A stretch of DNA of 53,538 nucleotides from contig PDIP01000106.1 of NCBI GenBank assembly GCA_002811645.1, forward strand, positions 1 to 53,538, read 5' to 3'. The DNA comes from Corallochytrium limacisporum Hawaii. Lineage: Eukaryota > Protista > Pluriformea. Below are positions 10,945 to 20,785 of this stretch, piece by piece. The notes under the pieces were generated by a model, which made no database searches, was not told where the DNA came from, and worked only from the letters and a program-made list of their open reading frames with translations. The number at the start of each line of letters is the position of its first letter. The first letter of the stretch is position 1. A program made the position numbers and the translations under genes.

Positions 10945-11937
10945 TTATGCCTCTGTGACAGTCATCACAAACTGGTTGTTGCACATGCTAGCAGTCTCAC
11001 AGTCGTTTAGTAGCTTTCCTTCTTCGGGGGTGAGAAGTCCTTCAGTCTTCAGGAAATCCATGAACCGGTCCCACACATTGCGGTCCATGTTCCCGAAAAC
11101 ACCTTCCTTGTCAAAGAAGACAGGTGCCAGAACACCCACGCTCTTCGTACAGAACTCCACAGACTCATTTTGCTTGGGCTTCTGGATTATCTCGAAGATG
11201 GCCTTGCCAGCGGCCGCGTGGTCTGTTGCAGCGGCTTTGTAACCTTTGGCAGTGGTCTGCATAAAGGTTTTGAGAACGGCTGCTTTCTTATCGTCATGGG
11301 CCACTTCCTTCAGGACGGCCAGCACAGGTGAGTAGCAATAGGGTACACCGTAATCAGCCATGCGAAAGATGTTCAGAGGCTCGTTGGTCAGAAGTCCCTC
11401 GTGAGCATCGAAGATCCAGGCAGAGTCATACTTTCCGTCCTGCATAGCTTGCCAAATGGCGAGCTTGTCTGGGCACTCGAACTTTACATCATTGGCCTCC
11501 ACATCACCGCCATCGTTCTTTATCATGCGACGGACAATGAAGTCTTCATAGCGGGCCTTGTAACTTGCATATCTGCGGCCGCAGAGATCCCTTGGCCGCT
11601 CGATTCCACTAGACCTCTTCACCGCAATGCCACTCCGGTCCTCCTGGAGCAAGGCACAAATGGCAACCAAAGGAGCCTGTTTCTTTGAAGGTTCTCGACA
11701 GTTGAAGGAGATGACAGACTCAGATGGACACACCGCGATGTGAATGTCATCCTCACTAGCATTAGAATCGGAAACGGCCTTCGCAGGAGTGACCTTAAAG
11801 TTGTCAGTCTCCGGGTCAATAAAGTCAACGTCCAAACCAGCCTCCTTGTACATGCCCTGAGCCTTAGCTAGGATCATGCCCGCATGATTAGCATTGGGAG
11901 TCCAGTCAAGGTGGACAATAACTCTGTTAACCGTCAT
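10945..11937 (-). CDS. NMT1/THI5-family (ThiY/SsuA-like periplasmic-binding-fold) protein
   Basis: Contains the N-terminal LDWTPNANHAG...A...G.Y...GLDV signature, GIERPRDLCGRRYASY, and DYGVPYCYSPVL. 330 aa with no signal peptide. Confidence 0.88.
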   Translation of the reverse strand: MTVNRVIVHLDWTPNANHAGMILAKAQGMYKEAGLDVDFIDPETDNFKVTPAKAVSDSNASEDDIHIAVCPSESVISFNCREPSKKQAPLVAICALLQEDRSGIAVKRSSGIERPRDLCGRRYASYKARYEDFIVRRMIKNDGGDVEANDVKFECPDKLAIWQAMQDGKYDSAWIFDAHEGLLTNEPLNIFRMADYGVPYCYSPVLAVLKEVAHDDKKAAVLKTFMQTTAKGYKAAATDHAAAGKAIFEIIQKPKQNESVEFCTKSVGVLAPVFFDKEGVFGNMDRNVWDRFMDFLKTEGLLTPEEGKLLNDCETASMCNNQFVMTVTEA

Positions 11938-13086
11938 CCTGGTATATATCGGTGCTTGATCCCATTCCAGTTGCCAAGAACCTGGTACCTCTTTGTAAGA
12001 GCTGAGAATGACCTACGTAGGCAAGGATCAGGACTAAAATACTATGACTGGTGCACCGTAAGACTGTCCTGCTACAGTTGTCATAATTTACCAGGAACGA
12101 CCAGACGCGTTACCTGTGTCCCCATTTCAGACCGCTGAGTCACCGACCCTGACGTCCCTCCACGTTGCACCGGGGGCTCCCCGTTTTCCGGAAAGACCTG
12201 CAGCAAAGAAAACAACAGAAAAAACTCTCTTTGTCCGGGAGTCCGGGTCAGCGCAGTGCATTGAGGGAGGGACCCGCAATCCATGCGTCCGGATGGGATC
12301 TCTGCTGCGGTGGGTAGTCCGAATGGGTACGAAAGGGCAGGGCAAGAAAGAAACAAAGAGGAAAACGAAAAGAAAAAAAAAATATGGAAAAAGCGAGAGG
12401 GAGAGGTGAGAGACAGAAAGAAAGGGAAAGCAAACTCCCGCACCTCTCACACCACAGTACATTCACTACCTGAGTGGCAACAGTACGGTAACACGGATTC
12501 CGCAACAAAAAGGAAAACGGCGAGAGAGCGACACAGAGAGAGAGGGAGAGGAACAGTGACACAAAAGGAAACTTTTTTTGGGGGGGTGGGAGGGGGGTAC
12601 GGGGGCCTAAATAAATACTCCGTAGTTACAGTTTCGTATGGTAGCTAGTTTGGTCGGCCTTTTTTTTAATTGCTTTTTGGGTTTTGGAATGCGAGTGCGG
12701 AATTTTTCCCAGAGCTTCCCGGTGAGGGGCGCCGGAATTCCTGTCACCTAACGTTTCCTTCCTTTTTGGCCCGAGAAAAATTAATGAAACGGGCAAAAGA
12801 AAATTTAAAAAAAAGAAAATTGGAATAAAAAAAGAAAAAAAACAGACAAAGAAGCAGCGTTCTCATTCTCTACTCGGCCGAACAGAGGGCCATTTAGTTT
12901 TACGGATTTCTTTCTTTTTTGTATAGTAAAAAGAGGGAAACAGTTTTGGGTGGGCACCCGCCATCACAGAGCCGCAACCTGGCGGCTTGCTTTCGGCACA
13001 GATTGGCGACACGGATTGAAAAGAGGAATCCAAACCCTTTGTGGCAATCACGGGTGGATGTTCGCCTTGGAGACCAAAGTAGTGAG

Positions 13087-14316
13087 CTACTTCCCTCCAG
13101 GGCACATGGCGTAATTCTGCTCTGAAGCGGGTAGTGGCTTATCAGCCTGCCAGGATGTGGCCTGTGCCTTCATGTAGGGGCCGACTGGTCCAGTTGTTTG
13201 CTGTGTGAATTGGCTGAAGAGCACCTGCATCTTGCCCCTGTCTTCTACGGTACAATTCCCATCTTTTTTGAGTCCGATGCAATTCAAGATATACTGAAAG
13301 TTTTCGTCCGTAGGGCACTCTTCGACTTTCTTAAGGTGGTCATCATAGCAGGTGATGTTCAAAACCTCTGGATCCTCAAATCCGCCAAAGCTGTACTGCC
13401 ACAGAGCCCATGCAAAGTCGCTCGACGCGTCGATTTCGTCCTTAGGCGGGAGCAGGATAACATTCTTTCTGTGGGGCCAGAAAATGGGGCCAACGCCTGT
13501 GAAATCTGTCAGCGCTGCTAGGTCCATGTGGTCTGTATGCAGCTCCTTGGGTATAAACTGGTTGTATTGTGCGCCGGGCTCGTAGTAGCTGGCGTGGCCT
13601 CCCAAGGCAAGGAACACAACGGGGTGTGTGCGCCAAAGGTGACAGTCCTGGCTCCGGCAGTCCATGTAGTTGGTGTAACCGTGGGCTTGAAGACTCACAC
13701 CCACGGGCTCTCTTTCATCGGGACAAACTGCCACTTGCATGTACTCCCAGTCACCCTGGTGGATGCCCACTGTGCAGATACTAACGTACTGCACCGCCTC
13801 TTTGTCGTGTTCAGTAGTGTTGTATACAACACTCTGACCAGTGCATCCATTGTATTCAAAGAAGTAGTAATAGGAGTAGACCCAAAAGCCGGCGTCGTCC
13901 TGGTACACCTGACCGTAAATCGGAGCGGTTAGTAGTTTACCAAAACGAGGGGCGTCTCCACTATAGTCATCACTCGCCTGGACAAGTTGGAAGTCTGAAT
14001 TGGTTCCATTGTTGGGATGGTCCCGGGTTATTTTGAACATTTCCTCATTGGTGGCTCGTTTCGTCGTGTTCTTGCCATCCTGGAAAATCCATGCGTCAGC
14101 CAAGAAATGTTGGACATCAGTGAGATGGTATGGTTCATCTGGGTGCTCAAAAAGAATCGGTGCGTACACCGAAAGTCTCCTCTGGGCCTCCTCCAAGGTC
14201 CATTTGCGTTTGCCGGAACATTCAAAGGGCTTGTTCTCGCCGGAATAAGTCAAGTTGGATGGGATGTATCCAATACCAGCACCGTAATTGTTTGGGGGGC
14301 ACACAGTTGCAGACAT
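13087..14316 (-). CDS. Vps62-related (DUF946 / NPP1-like fold) protein, copy 1
   Basis: Motifs YAPILFEHPDEPY, APIYG, YSYYYFFEYNG, GIHQGDWE, SLQAHG, HPVVFLALGGHASYY, W..W...FG and C-terminal TGPVGP are typical of Vps62-like proteins. A close paralog lies at 17216-18442. Confidence 0.82.
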   Translation of the reverse strand: MSATVCPPNNYGAGIGYIPSNLTYSGENKPFECSGKRKWTLEEAQRRLSVYAPILFEHPDEPYHLTDVQHFLADAWIFQDGKNTTKRATNEEMFKITRDHPNNGTNSDFQLVQASDDYSGDAPRFGKLLTAPIYGQVYQDDAGFWVYSYYYFFEYNGCTGQSVVYNTTEHDKEAVQYVSICTVGIHQGDWEYMQVAVCPDEREPVGVSLQAHGYTNYMDCRSQDCHLWRTHPVVFLALGGHASYYEPGAQYNQFIPKELHTDHMDLAALTDFTGVGPIFWPHRKNVILLPPKDEIDASSDFAWALWQYSFGGFEDPEVLNITCYDDHLKKVEECPTDENFQYILNCIGLKKDGNCTVEDRGKMQVLFSQFTQQTTGPVGPYMKAQATSWQADKPLPASEQNYAMCPGGK

Positions 14317-15289
14317 GCTGATGTGTATACTTTTAGACTGGTGGAGTTCTTATGACACTACTGCTTGGTAGAGAAAAGACACTCGTGTTGTACGTGACTG
14401 CCGATCAGGTTGACCCGAAGGATCCGAATCGCAGGCGACCCCTTAAATACCCTGCAACATCAGGGCTAGCCACTCCATTCCCATATCAGACCTGTGGTCG
14501 ACAGCACATTTTCTGTCTTTACAACGACCACCTTGGTCATATGCAGCTGTGGCAGATTATGTGCCCGGAGGAATCGCATCGGTGTCTCTTGCAACGGCCG
14601 CAGGGGAACAATGGCTGAACGTGGTTTACTTTCAATAGAGGTGCACCTTAACTCATCCGCCGGGGTATCCACATTCCCCAGTTCCATGCACTGACTTTAA
14701 CTTCTTTATCCTCTGTCTTCAGCCGCTGCTCCTCATCCTATGTTATGCTATGGCTCAATACACGCACTGCGCACACTCTTTCGCCGGAACCTCTCCTCCT
14801 CCACCGCTCCCAAGGAGATCGAAGCCCCTTCAGACCGCGACCGCCAGGAAAGGTAAGAAACTGACCCGAGAGAGAAATGTCCGCTTGGGTCGAACACAAA
14901 GACGAGATAACATAACTCAGTCATTAATATCTTCTGTCATCGTACTGATCATACTTCTTACAGACTGGCCATGCAGCTTTGCATGACTGGTCTCTCTGTA
15001 CATCGTCACCCGCTGGCTAGGACCGGCGACCTGACGCAGTTGCCCCCGGGGCCCGAATTTTTCCTTTGCCCCTGTCGACTGACGGGCTGCTGTCGCTAAA
15101 ATTTATCTGTCAAAACCAACGCGCTTGCGTTTTACTAATGCACCGCCCCGCCCCCCCCCCCCCCCCCCCCCCCCCCGGGGGTGCCCGGGGGGGGCCTCCC
15201 TCCCGGGGCAACAACTGCGATGAGGGCGGTGGGGCGGTGGACACACGCAGAGAGCAAGTGTTTAATTCATCACCTCGCCCGCCCACCCA

Positions 15290-15543
15290 NNNNNNNNNNN
15301 NNNNNNNNNNNNNNNNNNNNNNNNNNNNNNNNNNNNNNNNNNNNNNNNNNNNNNNNNNNNNNNNNNNNNNNNNNNNNNNNNNNNNNNNNNNNNNNNNNNN
15401 NNNNNNNNNNNNNNNNNNNNNNNNNNNNNNNNNNNNNNNNNNNNNNNNNNNNNNNNNNNNNNNNNNNNNNNNNNNNNNNNNNNNNNNNNNNNNNNNNNNN
15501 NNNNNNNNNNNNNNNNNNNNNNNNNNNNNNNNNNNNNNNNNNN
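15290..15543. other. Assembly gap (N run)
   Basis: Run of N flanked by C-rich and poly-G tracts. Confidence 1.
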
Positions 15544-17029
15544 GGAGGGAAGGGGGGGGGGGGGGGGGGGGGGGGCAAGTGGCTTTTTTGTTCCAGTTTT
15601 TCTTCTTGGGCACCTCCACCGCACCATTCTGGATATGGCCCATACCAGCATTTTCCGGGTGAGGAACTGGGGACCGCTGAAGTGCCCCAGAACATGCGTT
15701 GTACCTAATGTCTCATGCTTCATACAATTGGTTCTGATAGGCTCTAATTCATCGTCCGTAAGATGATAGTCTTCGTGTAGTACTCTGGCGATTAGTGCAT
15801 CATCACAACCGCACAGAAGGAGAGGGTTTCTTCCATGACGATCAGTCACAGGAGACCTAAGGACAGCACAGGTATGCGGGCTTTCGTTTCTGTGCGAACT
15901 CCTTGCACGGTTAATGGATCTGACATTAAGGACACAAAAGAGTTTGCCACCTACCATAACCACTGGTGTGCGCATTTGTACTCCATTTCACTTTTCTGCC
16001 ACTCTCCTTGGTGCGTCCCGTTTGCGCCGCACTCCCATGGCTCCGAAAGGCCTTCTTCGTCACTCGGCCTCTCCCATTCTCCTTGGCTGATGACGAGGGG
16101 CATATCATCAGACATTATCAACACCAAAGAAAATTATCAAAAACCCGCAGGGTTCCTAAGATTCCGGTCTCTGACCTTCCGGTTTCGATCCCCGATGGGC
16201 GTCTAAACCGGTAAGGAGGGCCCCGATTTCTGGCAATGCCATGAAAAGTATGGAAGCAAAAACAAATTTTCTGTCTCCTACACCTTTGGTGCAAGTAGGC
16301 GATCCTACAGGGCATAAGTAGGAACGAATTCTTCACTTGACCAATGCGAGAGGGAGATCATCCTTGTTCACGACGGAGAAAAGCTGTGGTTTGCACTTTA
16401 ACCAACAGAAACTTTCCCTTTTAGCCTATGTCAAAGATATGGTCTGAACGCACTACTGTAGCGCGCTGTGGTTCATACTCATACCCACAACCGCGCTTAT
16501 GCTCACGATTGCGAAACGGCCATCCGCCTCCGCCGCTGGGCAACTGCTGTAACCTCGGCTCTCCTGCTAAACGTGAAATGCAGTTTGACTCTTCTCTACC
16601 GATTCACTTCGGAGCCGCCCTGGTACCTTCGCGGTCGCGAGCGCGAGCTCCAGAGTTCCCACCATGGCTGAATCTGAATGCTCTTTGTCCAGCCGTGTTT
16701 CTAAGGAGAACCCGGCAGGAAAGCTTTTGGGTTAAGGAATTGGAAGGATTCGTTTGTAAGCAAAACTACCTCCTTACAGCAGGTTGGCTACTTCCCATTA
16801 TGAGCGCGAAAACCGTGCAGAGAAGCCCTCTTGGCGCCTGTCATGGTCGGTTCATACAAAGAGGAAAATGTTGTAGCCCTATCTATTAACGCGTCTTCGT
16901 TGTCTCTTAGCATGTCCTTCAAAACTGCATGCTTTCCAAAGCCTTGATGCCAATCGTAAAGTTGGGGGTGGGGGCCCTAACCCTGACCAGAGGCCAAATT
17001 GCCCGGGAAGGAACGGGGACAGAGAAATC

Positions 17030-20000
17030 TCATTTCTAATCATCTGAAAGAAGGCCCTTTTAGATATACAAGGGGGAAATTGTTATGTTACAAGCCATCA
17101 CATCAGTGGTCGTGAAATTTCTCACAGGGTTCGGCACAGACAGCGGTGACACGGTTCGTAAAGGGGACCCTAAACATTGTAGGTAGGTGTTCGTCGTGGA
17201 GACCGGAGGGATGATCTAATTCTCTCCGGGGCACTCAGCGAAATCCTGCTCTGAACCAACTAGTGGTTTGTCTGCCTGCCAGGATGTGGCCTGTGGCTTC
17301 TCATACGGGCCAACTGGGCCTTCTGTTTGCTCTGTGAAGCTTTGGAATACTAAAAACATTTTCTGCTCATCCTCTGGGGTACAGTTCCCATCTACGAGAC
17401 CGAGGCATGACAAGATATACTGAAAGTTTGCGTCGGTAGGGCACTCTACGGCTCTCACAAGCCACTCGTCGTAGCAAGTGATGTTAAAAATCTCTGGATT
17501 CTCAAATCCGCCCCAGCTCCACTGCCACAGAAGCCATGCGAAGTCGCTCGATCCGTCAATTTCGTCCCTAGGCGGCAGCAAGATGACATTGTTTCTGTGG
17601 GGCCAGAAAACGGGGCCAAAGCCTGTGAAATCTGTTTGCGCGGCTAGGTTCATGTGGTCGGTAAACAGCTCTGGGGGTATAAACTCGTGGTACTGAGCGC
17701 CAGCCTCGTAGAAGCTGGCATGGCCTCCCATGGCAAGGAACACAGTGGGATGTGTGCCCCACATGTTGCAGTACTGGTTGCGGCAGTCCACGAAATTGGT
17801 GAAACCGTGGGCTTGTACACTCAAACCCACGGGCTGTATTTCTTCGGGACAAACTGCCACTTGCATGTACTCCCAGTCACCCTGGTGGATGCCCAGTGTG
17901 CAGATACTAACGTACTGCACCGCCTCTTCTCCATCTTCAGTAGTGTATACAACACTCTGACCAGTGCATCCATTGAATTCAAAGAAATAGTAATAGGAGT
18001 AGACCCAAAAGCCGTCCTCTTCGTACACCTGACCGTAGATCGGAGCTCTCAGTTTTTTATCGCACCCAGGGGCATCTCCACTAAAATCATCACTGGCCTG
18101 GACAAGCTGGAACTTGGAATTGTCATTCTCATCTGGATCAGGGTAGTTGATAAATATGTTGTAAATTTCTTCATTGGTGGCTCGTTTCGTTGTGTTCTTG
18201 CCATCCTGGAAAATCCATGCGTCAGCCAAGAAGTGTTGGACATCAGTCAGATGGTATTGCTCCTCTGGGTGCTCAAAAAGAATCGGTGCGTACATCGAAA
18301 GTCTCCTCTGGGCCTCCTCCAAGGTCCATTTGCGATGGCCGGAACATTCAAAGGGCTTGTTCTCGCCGGAATACGTCAAGGGGGATGGGATGAATCCGAT
18401 ACCAGCACCGACATCGTTTGCGGGGCACACAGTAGCAGACATGTTGATGTTATGCTTGTAAACTAATGGAGTTCTTATGACACTAATGCTTGGTAGAGGA
18501 ATATATGCTTGCGTTGTACATGATTGCTGGTCAGGTTGACATGAAGGATCCGAATCCCAGGCATCCCTTAAATACCGAGCAACGTGATGACGAATCAAAC
18601 TCTTTCCATGTCAGATACACACTTCCGCCTTTACAAAACCAACCTGTGTGCTTAATGCGAGTATAACACACTCCGTGAACCGACTATTGCTACAGCCACA
18701 GTGGAACGATGGCCATAACGATTTTGCTATTTACACAGGATAGTGACCCAAATCATCCACCGGGGCGTCCAGGTTTCCTATTGCCACGCATTGATTTTCT
18801 CCTTCTCCAGTTTCTGTTTGTTCTATCTTCTGCAGCTGCACTACTTATTTTGCTATGGCGCAATACCCGCAATGCGGACACCTTTCCCCAGAACCTCTAC
18901 ACAGTCCAAGGCTCCCAAGGAGATCTACCATCACATTCAAACCACAACGTCCGGGAAAGGTAAGGAATACACCCAGGATAGAAGTTTCTTCTGGAATCGA
19001 ACACAAGACGAGATTTCAGAACCAGTCACTAATGGCTTCTCTTATCATACCGATCATGCTTCTACACACTGGACGAGTTGCTGTGCATGGCCAGTCTCCG
19101 TGTAAAGAGTCACTCCACGGCTTCGCCTTGGAAGTTGATCGAGTACCCTCCCTGCCCGTGGAGATGTGGGGGTTCCCCCTCCCTCCCTCCTGTCGGGTCC
19201 GCTGGCTGCGTTACTAACATTAAGGGACCGGCCTGTGTGCCACTAACACCCTTGCCCGCGCCCTCTCTTAACGGGTCCGGGCAGTCCAGCCACTACTGCG
19301 GCGAAGGGGCTTTGTTGCGGGGAAGGGGGATGGACAAGCACACATGGTGTTTAATATAGTGACCACCGAAAGGGACTTCATGCAGTTGGGGACTGAGATG
19401 ACTGGTGTATCGCCTCTCAATTACCAGTTTCAGCAGTGTTCTACTCCTACAATCCTCTGTGCAAACTCTATCGTCACACACCTAATACATTTTCTTCGCT
19501 GATGTTTCCATCACTCGAATGTTTCACACACACCCCCGCCCCCGGGGGTTTCATTTCCACAGCGACCCCGGAGGGCACAGGTGCGCATTTCGCGGGGTTC
19601 AAACTTCCTTGCGTTGGTCATGGGTCTGGGTTGTTACCAATGTTTGCCACTTAGCAGGAGCATTTTGTGTCCGCGCTGTGTACAATGCTCCTTTGCGGTT
19701 GATGAGCAATTGGCCGTCAACCATCAGTACAAGTACTATCTATTAAAAAGCCGTGGAGTTCCTAAGATTCCGGACTGACTTTCCGGTTTCGATTCCGATG
19801 GCTTCTGACCTTTAGAAAATTCTTGGGGAAAATATTTTCCATCACCTTTAACACTGGACAAGTAGGCAGTCTCTGAAGCCCCCCCCCCTCCCGGGTGGGG
19901 GTGTGTGTTTCGACCGTGCAAAACTATTAAAAGAAAATGTCCTTTGTTTCTTCGGGAATTGTGGGTTTGAGCCCCGTTACTAACAATATGCGGTCGCTGA

Positions 20001-20550
20001 CCTTGGCCGTATATGAATGGAATGGTTCTGAATACACTCTGCGCACTCCGGGTTATAACCGAACCTCTGATTCTCACGTGTGCGAAACGGCCATCCACCG
20101 CAGCCACTGATCATCCATTACAGTACCATCATCCACTGCGGTAACCTTGGCTCCTGCTATAGGTAAGAACCGTACGACTCTTCTCAAATGAATCACTTCG
20201 TGGTGCCGCGGCATCTCCATTTCCGGTCCGCGGTCGCGAAGTTCCATAGCTCCCCGCCACAGCCGAACCTGAACGGCTCCCTTACCCGGCGGCGCTGTTT
20301 TCTATGGGAGAAAGCGATCCCGAGGGAGAGGGGGAAGAAAACAAGGAAAGTTTAAGGAGGGGGGTTGGGTTGGGGGATCGGCCAGGGTTCAGTTAGTACA
20401 AAGAAAACACCACTCCCGTCCATGCCCCAGGGAAGGGGTACAATCCATTAGGAGCGGGAGTGCCGTGGAAGTGGGGAGAGCACGGCTTGCCGAATTGCAA
20501 TGCGTTATCGGTCTTTCCGCTTTCTTCATCACAGCTTCTTTGGCAGCGTA
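17030..20550. repeat. Tandem segmental duplication, unit 2
   Basis: Diverged head-to-tail copy of 12870-16970 (see unit 1). Boundaries are approximate. Confidence 0.8.
17216..18442 (-). CDS. Vps62-related (DUF946 / NPP1-like fold) protein, copy 2
   Basis: Same motifs as copy 1. The start is placed at ATG 18442 (MSATVCP, context acatcaacATG) by alignment with copy 1, rather than at the non-ATG start 18598. Confidence 0.82.
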   Translation of the reverse strand: MSATVCPANDVGAGIGFIPSPLTYSGENKPFECSGHRKWTLEEAQRRLSMYAPILFEHPEEQYHLTDVQHFLADAWIFQDGKNTTKRATNEEIYNIFINYPDPDENDNSKFQLVQASDDFSGDAPGCDKKLRAPIYGQVYEEDGFWVYSYYYFFEFNGCTGQSVVYTTEDGEEAVQYVSICTLGIHQGDWEYMQVAVCPEEIQPVGLSVQAHGFTNFVDCRNQYCNMWGTHPTVFLAMGGHASFYEAGAQYHEFIPPELFTDHMNLAAQTDFTGFGPVFWPHRNNVILLPPRDEIDGSSDFAWLLWQWSWGGFENPEIFNITCYDEWLVRAVECPTDANFQYILSCLGLVDGNCTPEDEQKMFLVFQSFTEQTEGPVGPYEKPQATSWQADKPLVGSEQDFAECPGEN

Positions 20551-20785
20551 ATAACACACACTGACGGGGCTCCGGGCAGGGCGATAATAACTACGATAAT
20601 ACTTTATGACATCAGCCTTCTATCGACACCGATTCGCGTTCTAAGTGGCTCAAGCTGCAAGTGAGTTCCGTGTGAAGGAATACATTCCAATTTTGGACCA
20701 TTTCTATTGCACAGAGGCATATTCTTTATCACAGCTAGCTGAATACGAGACGTAGATGGAGTATCGTTGGACTAATCGGCACCTC

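Larger units (their letters stand above)
12870..16970. repeat. Tandem segmental duplication, unit 1 (~4.1 kb: Vps62-like gene plus flanks)
   Basis: Collinear similarity to 17030-20550 in the CDS and in non-coding blocks: 14750-14960 vs 18855-19065, 16152-16199 vs 19758-19802, 16500-16570 vs 20072-20160, 16795-16830 vs 20443-20470. Boundaries are approximate. Confidence 0.8.

Noticed and set aside
11983-12060. Possible TPP riboswitch upstream of the NMT1/THI5-like gene
   Set aside because: A CTGAGA after a short stem (CTCTT/AAGAG) lies on the + strand, antisense to the gene. A CCTGATC...GCCTACGTAGG-like piece lies on the - strand without the GG.TAAT element. Neither strand holds a complete aptamer; an Infernal RF00059 search would settle it.
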